This document shows, in pieces, positions 6,728-16,379 of a stretch of DNA of 26,008 nucleotides (position 1 is its first letter; each line of letters starts with the position of its first letter). Under the pieces are notes generated by a model. The model was not told where the DNA came from and searched no databases. It saw nothing but the letters and a program-made list of their open reading frames with translations. Source of the stretch: a virus (Duplodnaviria > Caudoviricetes); the IMG/VR virus record IMGVR_UViG_3300025889_000841, positions 1 through 26,008 of that record; one strand, given 5' to 3'. Made by a program: the position numbers and the translations under genes.

Positions 6728-8602
6728 TCATTTCTGTGGAGCCTCAAGAGACGCCCTGATTCTAGCTTTTATCTTCTTATTTTTGACGTAATCAAGAGAT
6801 TCCTTTATCACAGCCTTTCCAGCAACTGGAACGCCAGATATCCCGTAGGTCATCATCATATCCATTGCGTTAGCAATTGCAGACGATGTATTCGAGAAGT
6901 TGATAGCTCCTGGTGGCGCCGTGTAAATAACCGTTGCCAGCTCTGCCAAATCACGCAACTGCTGGGCGATCTTTGTCCCATATAATGACTCCAGCTTGCC
7001 GCTCCGATCCATTGCCCGAACCACTTTGTTTAGCTGGTCAGGTGATAACAATGGATTGCCTCGAGAGTCACGCTGGCTTTTTGAAAAACTTTTTTCCTTA
7101 ATGTATTCAATTCCGTATGACTTTAAATCGGCCCATGCCTGCTTTCCATCTGGCCCAGAAGTCAGCAATGTTCGCCTGAGCTTGTTCATCTCTTCCAATG
7201 GCGACATGACAATAATCTTGGCAAATACATCTTCCAATGCAATCTTGCGCTCGTCTGTTTTGCCTTTTTTACCCAGCAATCTAGATGTCAAGCCTACATT
7301 CTCAAACTCTTCTGAATACTTTCTGCGTAGGTTTCGAGCATCCTTGTAGTTTTTACCGCCAAGACCCTCTGTTGAAGCATCAATAGCGCCATTGATTTGA
7401 CGCGCCATTGCGGATTGACGCTTATCTGCCCAATCTGTGTCTTTATTGACAAATTGACGCAACAATTCAGCGTCCTTTATTGTCATTGTTTTTGGAATTA
7501 TGTTGCCGGCGTCGTCTATCTCTATGGCCCCAAGCCTTACAGCTTCGCGCTTTGCAGCGGCAATATTTTTTGAAACTCCAGAGAACCTATCAAGATCGTT
7601 TAACGCCTCAACCAATGGCTCCATGATTGCTGGGGCCATTGTCTCGCCAGCATCGTCAGCTTTTTTGTATTCCTTTCTAATTTTTCTTTTGATCATCTCG
7701 GCTTTGTTAACAATCGCCTGATCAACTGCCGCACCAATGCCTCGAACTTCGCGCTCAATAGGTGTCGGCAAATCAACCAAGGCATCAAAGTTTTGAATGA
7801 AGTTTGCTGACTGGGCCTCGACCCGCTCTCGCAATGGTTGACCAATGTCAGCTAATTTTGCTGTTTCTTTTTCAAACTGCAGTTGCGCGTAGTCTCTGCT
7901 TGATTGGCCAAGCGTTAAGCCAGCCTTGCCTTCAAACGGCACTGGCATCATCTCGGCTACTGTTCGGCGCTGCAAAGCTATTGGTGTTTGCGCAGCTCCG
8001 ACACTTCTCGCAACTTCAGCTCGACCTTCGGCGCCAGGTAAGCGCTCCATGCCAGCTTGAATTACTTCTCTTGGCAATGCTGCGCCAGCTCTAGCCGCTC
8101 TGCCTGCTGTTGGAAGACCGCCTGCCCCAAGAACAGGAGGCAATTGCGATAATGGCTCGCCAATGGCTTTTAATGCTTCCGGTGCAACCCGTCCTCTAGG
8201 CTCATATGTACCGGCCTGCATTCCTCTTTGAGCGTATTCTGCAATTTGACGAGCGCCTTCTGGAGTGCCAAACCGGCCCTGCATAATGGCTTGACTTAAT
8301 CCCTCAACGGTTCCGCCAACGCCACCAAGAAGTCCAGTTGTTGCTCCAGTGGCCATCGTTCCAAGCGTTTCTGCTGCGCCAGTAGCGTATTCGCCCATAG
8401 TCGGCCTGGGTTGTGGTTCTGGATACGGTTGCTCAAGACCTGGTATCTCTTCAACGGTTTCCATGCTTCCAAGTTTTGGCGCGACAACTTCATCAACGGG
8501 AATAACTGTGCCGCCCATTTCTAAAGCTAGGGCATCATAGTCAACATCGGGAACAATTTTCCCGCCCATCTCCAACGCCAGCGCTTCATAATCAACAGCC
8601 AT
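6728..8602 (-). CDS. DNA ejection/internal virion protein (P22 gp16 position)
   Basis: 624 aa helical; Gly/Ala-rich N-terminal membrane-like region; NFSNTS motif near the C-terminus; third of three ejection-type genes before the tailspike. Confidence 0.75.
   Translation of the reverse strand: MAVDYEALALEMGGKIVPDVDYDALALEMGGTVIPVDEVVAPKLGSMETVEEIPGLEQPYPEPQPRPTMGEYATGAAETLGTMATGATTGLLGGVGGTVEGLSQAIMQGRFGTPEGARQIAEYAQRGMQAGTYEPRGRVAPEALKAIGEPLSQLPPVLGAGGLPTAGRAARAGAALPREVIQAGMERLPGAEGRAEVARSVGAAQTPIALQRRTVAEMMPVPFEGKAGLTLGQSSRDYAQLQFEKETAKLADIGQPLRERVEAQSANFIQNFDALVDLPTPIEREVRGIGAAVDQAIVNKAEMIKRKIRKEYKKADDAGETMAPAIMEPLVEALNDLDRFSGVSKNIAAAKREAVRLGAIEIDDAGNIIPKTMTIKDAELLRQFVNKDTDWADKRQSAMARQINGAIDASTEGLGGKNYKDARNLRRKYSEEFENVGLTSRLLGKKGKTDERKIALEDVFAKIIVMSPLEEMNKLRRTLLTSGPDGKQAWADLKSYGIEYIKEKSFSKSQRDSRGNPLLSPDQLNKVVRAMDRSGKLESLYGTKIAQQLRDLAELATVIYTAPPGAINFSNTSSAIANAMDMMMTYGISGVPVAGKAVIKESLDYVKNKKIKARIRASLEAPQK
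8510..8596 (-). repeat. Tandem peptide repeat VDY(E/D)ALALEMGG x2, 17-aa period
   Basis: N-terminus MAVDYEALALEMGGKIVPDVDYDALALEMGGTVIP. Confidence 0.85.
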
Positions 8603-9892
8603 TTATAAACCAGCCTTTGCGCGAAACGCATTTGCTTCTTCTTCACTATTGAACTTGAAGGCTCTCCCGTTTGGAAGCCTTACTTCTAACGGTGACGTGG
8701 CAGGCGCTCCCTCTATAACATCAACAAAAACGTCAGCAGGGTTTAAGCCAAGCCGATTAACGATTCCTTCCATTGACCTTTTGGTCTTTGCTCCATCCTT
8801 TTCTGCAGCATCAAGGTACTGTTTGGCTAGGTTAACAAACGTCTTTCGCTGAGTGTCTGTTAAAAACTGACCTCCCTGCACCTTAGTTAATAGGTTCTCC
8901 AACGATGTAAGCAAGCCACCAGTATCTCTTGCAGTTGCAAACTCAGACTCTCGAACAGTAGAGCCAGGATCTAGCATCTTCATAAATGAAGTGATCAGCG
9001 CGACATCACCAAGTCCTTCTTTTATTTGTGCAGACGCAAACATTTTTTCATAGTTGACTCGCCCTGCAGTGATATCGCTAGTACGCTTGTTGAACTCTGT
9101 CCTCAAATCCTTTGCGGCCTGGTAGCGTTTGTCTGGATCACGCAATTCCCCGCTTCCGTTGCCAGCTTCAATAGATAAAAGATTGGCAATTGCATCTTTG
9201 GGCAGATTGGAGCCTCGATAAGATCTAACAGTTTCTTGAACTTTTTTCGGGTCCATGCCTATATTCATAGCAAGTTGTATCAGCTCAAGGTCCTGCTTGG
9301 CCATTGCGCCTGGCTGAGACTCCCTAGACCTGTATTCTTGCTCAAGTTTTGGAAACGTGTCGCCAAATTTGTCCAAGCCCATAGCTGTTGCCAGAGTCAT
9401 GCCAAGCTCCATCCTAGCAACGTCGGGAGCTTCAACTACTTGTTTTGCTTTTGCCCTTGCAATAGCAGCTCTTTCATTGTCCCCAGAATTTTCTGCAGCA
9501 ATGGCTTGTTGTTCGTAAATGTTTGCCGCAAGATCCGGCCTATTATTTAATAGCGCCGCATAAGCAGGGGTTGCTGTGGATATCTTTTGCTGCAATTCCT
9601 GAGCGGTATACTCGGCAAACAAAGGCTTTAAGGTTTCAATGGTCTCAGGGAATTGAGTCATAACGTCCCTGATAGCGCCTGAGCTTTTGTTCTTCATAAG
9701 GCCAGCAATTGCGTCCTGCATGTCAACACGTCTTTGTGCTGCCGCCCTCTGGTTGGCAAGCTCAACCTGCTGCTGCTGGGTCTGTAGCTCCCGCTGCTGG
9801 ATGCCGTATCCAAGCTCTGCGCCCCTTGCATATGATCCGATTGGATCTGGCATTTTTGGCATTGCTCTGCTGTAATCATATGGCGCTGGCAT
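8603..9892 (-). CDS. DNA ejection protein (P22 gp20 position)
   Basis: 429 aa, Gln/Ala-rich helical; GD.ALI..FMKMLDPGSTVRESEF motif; synteny. Confidence 0.75.
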   Translation of the reverse strand: MPAPYDYSRAMPKMPDPIGSYARGAELGYGIQQRELQTQQQQVELANQRAAAQRRVDMQDAIAGLMKNKSSGAIRDVMTQFPETIETLKPLFAEYTAQELQQKISTATPAYAALLNNRPDLAANIYEQQAIAAENSGDNERAAIARAKAKQVVEAPDVARMELGMTLATAMGLDKFGDTFPKLEQEYRSRESQPGAMAKQDLELIQLAMNIGMDPKKVQETVRSYRGSNLPKDAIANLLSIEAGNGSGELRDPDKRYQAAKDLRTEFNKRTSDITAGRVNYEKMFASAQIKEGLGDVALITSFMKMLDPGSTVRESEFATARDTGGLLTSLENLLTKVQGGQFLTDTQRKTFVNLAKQYLDAAEKDGAKTKRSMEGIVNRLGLNPADVFVDVIEGAPATSPLEVRLPNGRAFKFNSEEEANAFRAKAGL

Positions 9893-9895
9893 AAT

Positions 9896-10645
9896 TTATG
9901 GACCTATAATTGGCGTTGGTAAAGATATTTTTGGCGCAAAATATGTGCCGCCAGCCATTGGGGTTCCTTGGTTGTAACCGCCAGTATAAGAACCTGCAAG
10001 CTCTGGCCTAGAAAGGCTTGGCATTGTCGCACCCTTATACGTTGAATATATGTCGCCAAGCCCTGTAAGAACATCTCCATAGGCTTTGGCTGAACCCAAT
10101 TGACCTCCAGCCATTGCCGCCCCTTGCTCGCCCATAAGCCCTGAGACCTGCTGCCCAAGGTTAGTGGCCGCTGCCGCTTGCCCTGCCGCTGACGCTTGAC
10201 CATAACCCGTAAGAGACCCAAGGTTTTGAAATTGCTGCTGTATCAACTCACTCAAAAGTCTTGGCCGATACTGGGCAAGTGCACCTTGTATATTTCCTCC
10301 CCTCAAGCCTCCGGTGGCAGATGCCGCCTGTAACAACGCGCTTTCGCCCTGTTGTTGCATTGCAGCAAACTGCGGTCCAGCTTCAATCGCGGATATTGCC
10401 TGCTGCTGTCTTTCTGGGCCACCCAAGCCTAAGAGCGCCTCCTGACCAGCCAGTGATCCATATCCTGCTTGGACATATGGCGCCATGATCTTTTGGGACT
10501 CTTCAAACTGCCGTCTTTGCTCGTCAATTCCAGCCTGAGCTGCCGCTGACTGAGTTCTTGCCGCCGACCTTGCCCCGCTTGCTGCAATCGCGCCACCAGC
10601 TAAAGTCGCGACACCACCAATAATCGCTGCCGTAATAAATGCCAT
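9896..10645 (-). CDS. DNA ejection protein (P22 gp7-like)
   Basis: Hydrophobic Gly/Ala N-terminus; PYVQAG and ASATGGLRGGN motifs characteristic of gp7-like proteins. Confidence 0.85.
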   Translation of the reverse strand: MAFITAAIIGGVATLAGGAIAASGARSAARTQSAAAQAGIDEQRRQFEESQKIMAPYVQAGYGSLAGQEALLGLGGPERQQQAISAIEAGPQFAAMQQQGESALLQAASATGGLRGGNIQGALAQYRPRLLSELIQQQFQNLGSLTGYGQASAAGQAAAATNLGQQVSGLMGEQGAAMAGGQLGSAKAYGDVLTGLGDIYSTYKGATMPSLSRPELAGSYTGGYNQGTPMAGGTYFAPKISLPTPIIGP

Positions 10646-11094
10646 CAGGTCTTCTCCAATAACTTGCGCTTTTCCAAATCAATTGATTTAGTTAAATCGT
10701 CGTAGACAAGTTTTTCCCATATCTTTGTCAAGTCTGTTTCATTTTCTGGGTTTGCATGCATTGTTGTAAACACTGAGTCCTCAATTGCATAAATCGCTCT
10801 TTTTATTCCTGCTGGAGAAACTCCAACATGCCCAGCGGCATAAGTTTCTGGACCGCTTGGACCAACAATAACAATAGCCCCAGATCGAACAATAAAAAAA
10901 CTTTCATGCTTGTGCTGCGCTCCAACAATAACAGCGTCAGCCGGTATGCTTATAGTCCTGCAATATAAGCCATTGCAAAATTCATGATCGGTATCAATGT
11001 TAATCTGCTCAATCTGCAACATTTCTGCCTCAAGATTGCAGATTGAGTCATAGTTCCAGGCTTCTTGATCAACCAATGCGTTATCCATAAGCAT
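10645..11094 (-). CDS. Cupin-like protein in the P22 gp14 slot
   Basis: H.F..G.Y.R...IPA....VG..HK....F....G...SPAG.KR...A.ED..FTT.H cupin-like beta-barrel pattern. Confidence 0.7.
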   Translation of the reverse strand: MLMDNALVDQEAWNYDSICNLEAEMLQIEQINIDTDHEFCNGLYCRTISIPADAVIVGAQHKHESFFIVRSGAIVIVGPSGPETYAAGHVGVSPAGIKRAIYAIEDSVFTTMHANPENETDLTKIWEKLVYDDLTKSIDLEKRKLLEKT

Positions 11095-11115
11095 AGTATC
11101 TCACATGAGTCAATA

Positions 11116-11445
11116 TCATGCTATCTGGTCTCCTGCAGCGCTTATCGTTAATGTGCCTGATGACCCAGCTGAAGTCGAAATATACCCGTTTACGCCAATA
11201 ACCTGTCCCACCATCTCTGGGCAGGTGTAGGTCTCCTTTGGCGCAATAGTACGCTGGCTTATGATCAGGTTGCCGCTGTTCGGAGTATCCTTGGCAGAGA
11301 CAAGGTTGACATTAAACACTGTATTGGATGTTCCGGTATTCGTCACCGTTAACTTTGACACCACCGTCTTAAACCCAGCAGAGGTATACTGAGTCGTTTG
11401 GGTTGATGACATTGCTCTAGCGGGAATTATGCTTGTGATTGCCAT
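11116..11445 (-). CDS. Small virion protein, beta-rich
   Basis: 109 aa; TVTNT and IAPKETYTCPEMVGQ motifs; within the tail cluster. Confidence 0.75.
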   Translation of the reverse strand: MAITSIIPARAMSSTQTTQYTSAGFKTVVSKLTVTNTGTSNTVFNVNLVSAKDTPNSGNLIISQRTIAPKETYTCPEMVGQVIGVNGYISTSAGSSGTLTISAAGDQIA

Positions 11446-11452
11446 TTTAAAC

Positions 11453-12652
11453 CTACAATTGAAGCTGATCGACAGTGATGGTTAATGCTGGAGATGTTGG
11501 TGCAAACGCTGTGGCAGCAGACCCTGATATCCTTAAGCCAACATCGTTTACTGCCCAATAAAGCTCCAAATAATCATTTTCTTCAAATGAATAGGTGTCA
11601 GCCCTGCTGACCACTGAAAAGTTTGAGTTGCCAGTGTTCGATGATATGACTGACGACACGGGAATATCTACGCCATTTTTTCTAAACCAAAGCCATGCCG
11701 TTTTTTGATTGGCGCTGGTTGAGATTAAGTGATAAACCACCGAAACACTATAATAGCCTGATTGACCAAAAATTATCCTAGAGTTTGGGGTCCCAATGGT
11801 AACCCCATTGGACACATATGTATTAACTATAGGCAATGGATAAGCTGTGTTTATACTTGCAGCAGTCAGCGTCATGCTTGTGTAAAACTGGCCGTAGTAT
11901 TTATCTTGACTAAAGGTCAACCGCACAAATATCTCGCCCTGAGTCGCGCTGACGGACAGAACAAAGCCAATCTGAATTACATGCGCTGGAGCCGTTGGCT
12001 TGTTATTAGTAATCGCTCCCGCAATCGTTGGGCTGGCATACAATATGTCACCCTGCACCCAAGTTTCCCCGACCAAAGATCCGGTTGTGTTTATTCCCCG
12101 AACCCTGCCATAACTTGTGCAAAATCCGATCTCGCCAGAATCGGGAAGGTCCTGGGTCATGACCCCTAAAATATCTTCTGGTCTTGACTTCCCAACTCCG
12201 CCTGCCAAAAACTTTGTTGCGAGCGGGTCGTTAAAATCCCCAACGCCAGAGTATCCGACAACAGCTCCATTAGCCAAGATTGTCCCAGTCTGATTCTGCA
12301 CCCGAACATACTGCTCTTGCCCTACCTGTTGGATAACACCTGATGAATGGTGCAGGTTTAACGTGTCATCAACTGAGTTCCAAACAACACGTCCTATCTT
12401 GTCTGTATGCGGCGGGTTGAGGGAAAAGTCTAAATAGTCTGTGGCGATGTGATTTGTATTTGCCGCCTCATTTGCTGTCGCCTGTGCAGCAGCAACTAAT
12501 GTTTTTGTTTCTAATGCTGAGTCGCTGCCGTCTGTATCGCTCACCGTTGAGAATAGCTTTTCAAACGCTCGAATCTGTTGGTGATCCTTTAAGAACGTCG
12601 CGAGCTGATCCCTGGTAAGCCCTAGCTTGGTAACGGTCGGTATCAGCGCCAT
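11453..12652 (-). CDS. Tail needle-position (gp26 slot) protein with a C-terminal C1q/TNF-like domain
   Basis: N-terminal LGLTRDQLATFL...IRAFEKLF directly after the gp10-like gene; C-terminal YGQFY...SGYY...WFRKNG...DYLELYW jelly-roll pattern. Confidence 0.65.
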   Translation of the reverse strand: MALIPTVTKLGLTRDQLATFLKDHQQIRAFEKLFSTVSDTDGSDSALETKTLVAAAQATANEAANTNHIATDYLDFSLNPPHTDKIGRVVWNSVDDTLNLHHSSGVIQQVGQEQYVRVQNQTGTILANGAVVGYSGVGDFNDPLATKFLAGGVGKSRPEDILGVMTQDLPDSGEIGFCTSYGRVRGINTTGSLVGETWVQGDILYASPTIAGAITNNKPTAPAHVIQIGFVLSVSATQGEIFVRLTFSQDKYYGQFYTSMTLTAASINTAYPLPIVNTYVSNGVTIGTPNSRIIFGQSGYYSVSVVYHLISTSANQKTAWLWFRKNGVDIPVSSVISSNTGNSNFSVVSRADTYSFEENDYLELYWAVNDVGLRISGSAATAFAPTSPALTITVDQLQL

Positions 12653-14058
12653 CAGTATGCCAGCTGCTCTAATTGGGCCTCAAGCCTAACAAAAGAAACG
12701 TGGGCATCGCTTTGACCGCGAAACCGTTGAATCCTCCAGTTCCTCATAGCCCCCTGTTGAAACCACACAATTCGCTTCTGACGCTGGCCGGCGGCGCCAA
12801 CAGATACGGTTCTGTCCTGACTCCAGGTTTGTCCGTCAAGAGAGTATGAGGTGCTTATCAATGGGTTTGCTCCAAACGCCACCCTGCCGGTTATGCCAAC
12901 AAGCTCAAGTTCGTGGACAACCCCACCCCTGCCCTCGTTGTATAGTATGGTGGTCCCAAACTCCCACCTGACGTTGTTGCCGTAATGGGTGCCTATTGAG
13001 TCGTCTAGGTGCCCTATAACGCCAGACGTAGGGTTACCAATGGTCCACCTGTTATTGTGCCACAGAAGGTCCCTAGCAAGGTACTTGCTGAAGCCTGTGG
13101 CAGAGCTGGTCAAAATAAACCAAATGTTGATCCCAAACTCTGCTGATGAGGCTGCATCAAAGACGAGCGTCTTGTCTGGCAAATGGACATACAAATGGTT
13201 TTGATTTTTGTTTACTTGGGCCTCGAGCTTTACCGTTGCAAGTTGGGCCTCGGTATAGTCTGAAAGTATCTCATCAATCTCGGTGGTGCTGATCTTGGTT
13301 GCCGTTGCATTGTTGCCGCTGTATATTGCCGGCGCCTCGTTCCTGCCAGATCCAAGAAAGGCAATGGTCTCAGCAAAAACGCAACAGCCATGAGTTCCAA
13401 TACCGCCCTTCTGTATCTGCGCCCCGTCTATCCTTTGGAATGGGAACAGGTCACCGCCAACGTTGTCAAACACCTCAATCGTGTTGCGGTTTACTGCGTA
13501 AATCTCATTCCTGAGCTTGACGATTGCGATGACAGGATCAGGGTCAATCTCTGAAGATCCATACTTTAACGGGTTGACCTGGGTCGGGTCGGTTAGCTCA
13601 GTAACAACCAAGAATTCACCGTCTGTGGTCATAAAGTAGCCGTCAACCCAAGCAACATCAAGGACGGGACCAAGGTCTTGATCGGTGACCTCGACCAGGT
13701 CTGTCTTGTTCCAATAGTACAATTTTTGGCCTGATGCAATTGCCAGAAGGTCAAAGCTGTAGTCCATCGTCACCAGATCATCATCTGACCCGCCAACATC
13801 CCCTAACACCGTCACAGACCCATCGTTACCAATACTGCACAATGACGTCCCCATAACCCTATACAGAACGCCGTCCCATACTATGCCGCCCCTGTTTACT
13901 CCAGGTCCAGTACCGTCGGCAACAATCCCGCTGGCAGGGCGCAAGTATCCAGTGCTGATACCGCTATCTTTTGGGACAGGGACAAGGTTTACCGGATAGC
14001 TGGTCCGTATGTCTGGACCGTTATCAGTGTATATCCCGTTGATAATTGGTATCTGCAT
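12652..14058 (-). CDS. Packaged DNA stabilisation / tail hub protein (P22 gp10-like)
   Basis: 468 aa; YPVNLVP...SxGYLR, LYRVMG, DGYF and E.DPD motifs; synteny. Confidence 0.9.
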   Translation of the reverse strand: MQIPIINGIYTDNGPDIRTSYPVNLVPVPKDSGISTGYLRPASGIVADGTGPGVNRGGIVWDGVLYRVMGTSLCSIGNDGSVTVLGDVGGSDDDLVTMDYSFDLLAIASGQKLYYWNKTDLVEVTDQDLGPVLDVAWVDGYFMTTDGEFLVVTELTDPTQVNPLKYGSSEIDPDPVIAIVKLRNEIYAVNRNTIEVFDNVGGDLFPFQRIDGAQIQKGGIGTHGCCVFAETIAFLGSGRNEAPAIYSGNNATATKISTTEIDEILSDYTEAQLATVKLEAQVNKNQNHLYVHLPDKTLVFDAASSAEFGINIWFILTSSATGFSKYLARDLLWHNNRWTIGNPTSGVIGHLDDSIGTHYGNNVRWEFGTTILYNEGRGGVVHELELVGITGRVAFGANPLISTSYSLDGQTWSQDRTVSVGAAGQRQKRIVWFQQGAMRNWRIQRFRGQSDAHVSFVRLEAQLEQLAY

Positions 14059-14063
14059 AAACT

Positions 14064-14495
14064 TTAGCTCAATGCTTCCGCGTCAAGGTACACCGTTGCC
14101 GTGGCAAGTATCACGCTATTATCGGCTGAATCGCTAATCTCAATTACTCCAGAAGCCGATTTTGGCATCTGCCCTACATTTACAGACAACGACCATGATC
14201 TGCCTGAACTCAAGGACAGCCAGACCCCCGTTGCAGAGCTGGCGCCGTCAAGGGTATCGCTACCAGGCAGCGGCGTATACTTAATGCTATAGCCTGCGGC
14301 TGGACCTTGTCCGGTCAGCCAAGTGTATGTCTCATAGTTTTCTGCGGTTATGAAAACGGTCGCAGGCGTTGAAGCGTTAATCGCCCAAATAACCGTAGAG
14401 GTTGAGCCAAAAGCGATTGAGTAATAAGAGCCTGACTTTAAGTAGGCCCCCTTGCCGCTTGTTGTCTCTGTTGAAACCCTAGCGGCAAACGTCAT
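14064..14495 (-). CDS. Hypothetical Ser/Thr-rich virion protein
   Basis: Start re-assigned to ATG 14495 (MTFAARVST) by ATGA overlap with the upstream stop. Confidence 0.65.
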   Translation of the reverse strand: MTFAARVSTETTSGKGAYLKSGSYYSIAFGSTSTVIWAINASTPATVFITAENYETYTWLTGQGPAAGYSIKYTPLPGSDTLDGASSATGVWLSLSSGRSWSLSVNVGQMPKSASGVIEISDSADNSVILATATVYLDAEALS

Positions 14496-15652
14496 AGCAT
14501 GTTCCTGAGGGCCGTTGCATACCAAGATGTCCCAACGTATGTTGCCACCAGTATATCTACGCTGTTCGGGGCCGTTGTCAGCGCTGAGGCAGACCCGCTT
14601 GGCCATTTGAAAGACGCCGGCCAAGCAATTGTCCTGGACCCTGTGCCATCCTGAGTAAATATCACGTTGACGGTCTGGCCTTGTGCTGGACTTGTCATGT
14701 TCAGGGTTGCCACGTTCTCGTTCATCGTCACCGTAAAGACGTTGCTATCTGTGCAGTCTATGTCAAGCACGCCGCCTGAGCTTGAGTCTGCAACTGGAGC
14801 AGTTTGAGCGTGCCCAGTAAAGTTTGCGCCATCTATTGTCGGGTTAGTATTGAATACCAGCAAGCCAGAACCTGTCTCATCGGTCATTGCCGTCAACAGG
14901 TTTGCGCTGCTCGGTACAGCCAGGAACGTTGATACACCAGCCCCTATCCCAGACAATCCGGTTGGCGGAAGCCCTGTACAGTTTGCAAGGTTGCCAGACG
15001 ATGGCGTGCCAAGGATTGGTGTAACCAGAGATGGGGAGGTAGCAAATACCGCCTTGCCAGTTCCAGTCTCGTCTGTGATTGCGTCGCGAAGCTCTGCTGA
15101 TGTCGTTATAAACGTGTTGCTGCTCAGGTTTATCGTCTTGTTCGTCAGCGTTTGTGGCGCTGTAGTGGTGACCACGTCGATGCCTGCAATCTGCAAGCTA
15201 TTGACGATTGTGTACCAGGTTGATTGGAGCTTGTTGTATCTGATTGTAAACGAGCTACCGGCGCCAAGTGATAACGGAACACCAACCAAGGTTGAGCCAT
15301 TTCCGTTGATGGTAAGCGCTGAGATTGTCTGGGTTGAGATCATGATGATCTCCTGCCCATCATACGAGCTTGATGCCTGCGGCAGTGTTACAGATCCAGC
15401 AGCAAATGTCCCTGTTGGATTTATAATGAGCCAGATGCTCTGCGCTGAGTCTGCAAGCGCAATATTAAACCCAGAATTTGTCGGGGCGTTAATGACCACC
15501 GTGTAGTTTGGGTCAGCAAAGTTCTGCTGAAAGTATGTCATCAGTGTGTTGATTGATGACTTTCTGGCGTCCCCATTGTTTGTCGAATAAACGGGTAACT
15601 GATCGGCGCCAGATATTGTGCTTATTGTCGCTAACTGATTGATGGTTGGCAT
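14492..15652 (-). CDS. Fibre-like virion protein
   Basis: MPTINQL...D.LPVY...GDARK N-terminus; two L..A.TDETG.G..VF.T.P repeats 64 aa apart; C-terminal TQDGTGSRTIAWP...KW domain. Confidence 0.75.
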   Translation of the reverse strand: MPTINQLATISTISGADQLPVYSTNNGDARKSSINTLMTYFQQNFADPNYTVVINAPTNSGFNIALADSAQSIWLIINPTGTFAAGSVTLPQASSSYDGQEIIMISTQTISALTINGNGSTLVGVPLSLGAGSSFTIRYNKLQSTWYTIVNSLQIAGIDVVTTTAPQTLTNKTINLSSNTFITTSAELRDAITDETGTGKAVFATSPSLVTPILGTPSSGNLANCTGLPPTGLSGIGAGVSTFLAVPSSANLLTAMTDETGSGLLVFNTNPTIDGANFTGHAQTAPVADSSSGGVLDIDCTDSNVFTVTMNENVATLNMTSPAQGQTVNVIFTQDGTGSRTIAWPASFKWPSGSASALTTAPNSVDILVATYVGTSWYATALRNML

Positions 15653-15660
15653 TTTGCCTC

Positions 15661-16143
15661 CTAATTGTACTCTAGTGGACCATCTTCGCCAGCCAGCACT
15701 GGATCAACGGGTCGTCGGACGTATGGGTTATCATAATCGCGCCAAGGCTTATTACCAGCGCCTGACGGCATGGTCCCAGGCAGTTGCATTTCGATTGGCG
15801 CAGAGAACGCTTTGAGTAGCGCATTATAGGCATTCTTTGCCATTGACCTTGTATCAGGCGATATCATCTTGCCGTAGCTTGGTGCAATCCTGACTCCAAG
15901 GCTTGAATAGATTGCGCTATTGGCCATGTCAGGGACGGATGTCTGTGCATCTAGGTCGCTGTACTGCGGAGAACCTGGCAGTGGATACCCAAGCCTAATC
16001 CCCATTGAGTTCCATTCAGCCATCATTGCGTCGAGCTTCCAGAGAGCACTTTGAAGTTGATCTGGCGTCAGGTCAAAGACGTAAGACGCAAGCCCAATCT
16101 CTTCAAACGCCTGAACGACGAATTGTCGCTTAGTCCAGCCCAT
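15661..16143 (-). CDS. Head-tail adaptor (P22 gp4-like)
   Basis: Start re-assigned to ATG 16143 (MGWTKRQFV) after GAGG; LDAMMAEW...GI.LGY and MPSGAGN motifs. Confidence 0.85.
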   Translation of the reverse strand: MGWTKRQFVVQAFEEIGLASYVFDLTPDQLQSALWKLDAMMAEWNSMGIRLGYPLPGSPQYSDLDAQTSVPDMANSAIYSSLGVRIAPSYGKMISPDTRSMAKNAYNALLKAFSAPIEMQLPGTMPSGAGNKPWRDYDNPYVRRPVDPVLAGEDGPLEYN

Positions 16144-16153
16144 TGTCTTGCCC

Positions 16154-16327
16154 TCAGTATTTGCCTTTCTTGCTTGGAGCCTTGCTTGGCTTGCCGGCCT
16201 TCTTTGCCGCTTCCTTCGCCGTTGACATGGCAATAGCAATGGCCTGCTTCTGTGGCTTGCCGCTCTTCATCTCGGTTGAGATGTTCTTTGAAATTGATTT
16301 TTTTGAATAGCCCTTTTTAAGAGGCAT
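16154..16327 (-). CDS. Small Lys-rich protein, 57 aa ([57 protein letters not shown])
   Basis: Below the ORF-track cutoff. CAGGAG SD; recognisable MPLKKG...NI..E...GKP..QA.AIA phage family. Confidence 0.8.
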   Translation of the reverse strand: MPLKKGYSKKSISKNISTEMKSGKPQKQAIAIAMSTAKEAAKKAGKPSKAPSKKGKY

Positions 16328-16346
16328 ATTTTATCTCCTGATAGTG

Positions 16347-16368
16347 AAAACGGGGGCCGAAGCCCCCG
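16347..16368 (-). terminator. Rho-independent terminator after the coat gene
   Basis: CGGGGGC-TTCG-GCCCCCG followed by TTTT. Confidence 0.85.
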
Positions 16369-16379
16369 CTAATTTACCA

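Noticed and set aside
14496-14624. N-terminal extension of ORF 14064..14624
   Set aside because: It overlaps the upstream gene; ATGA coupling at 14495 is more plausible.
14850-15506. 218-aa plus-strand ORF, and the other plus-strand ORFs in the track
   Set aside because: Antisense shadows of well-supported minus-strand structural genes, with no recognisable motifs.
16144-16239. N-terminal extension of the gp4-like ORF given in the track
   Set aside because: It overlaps the 57-aa basic gene; the real start is most likely ATG 16143 with a GAGG SD.
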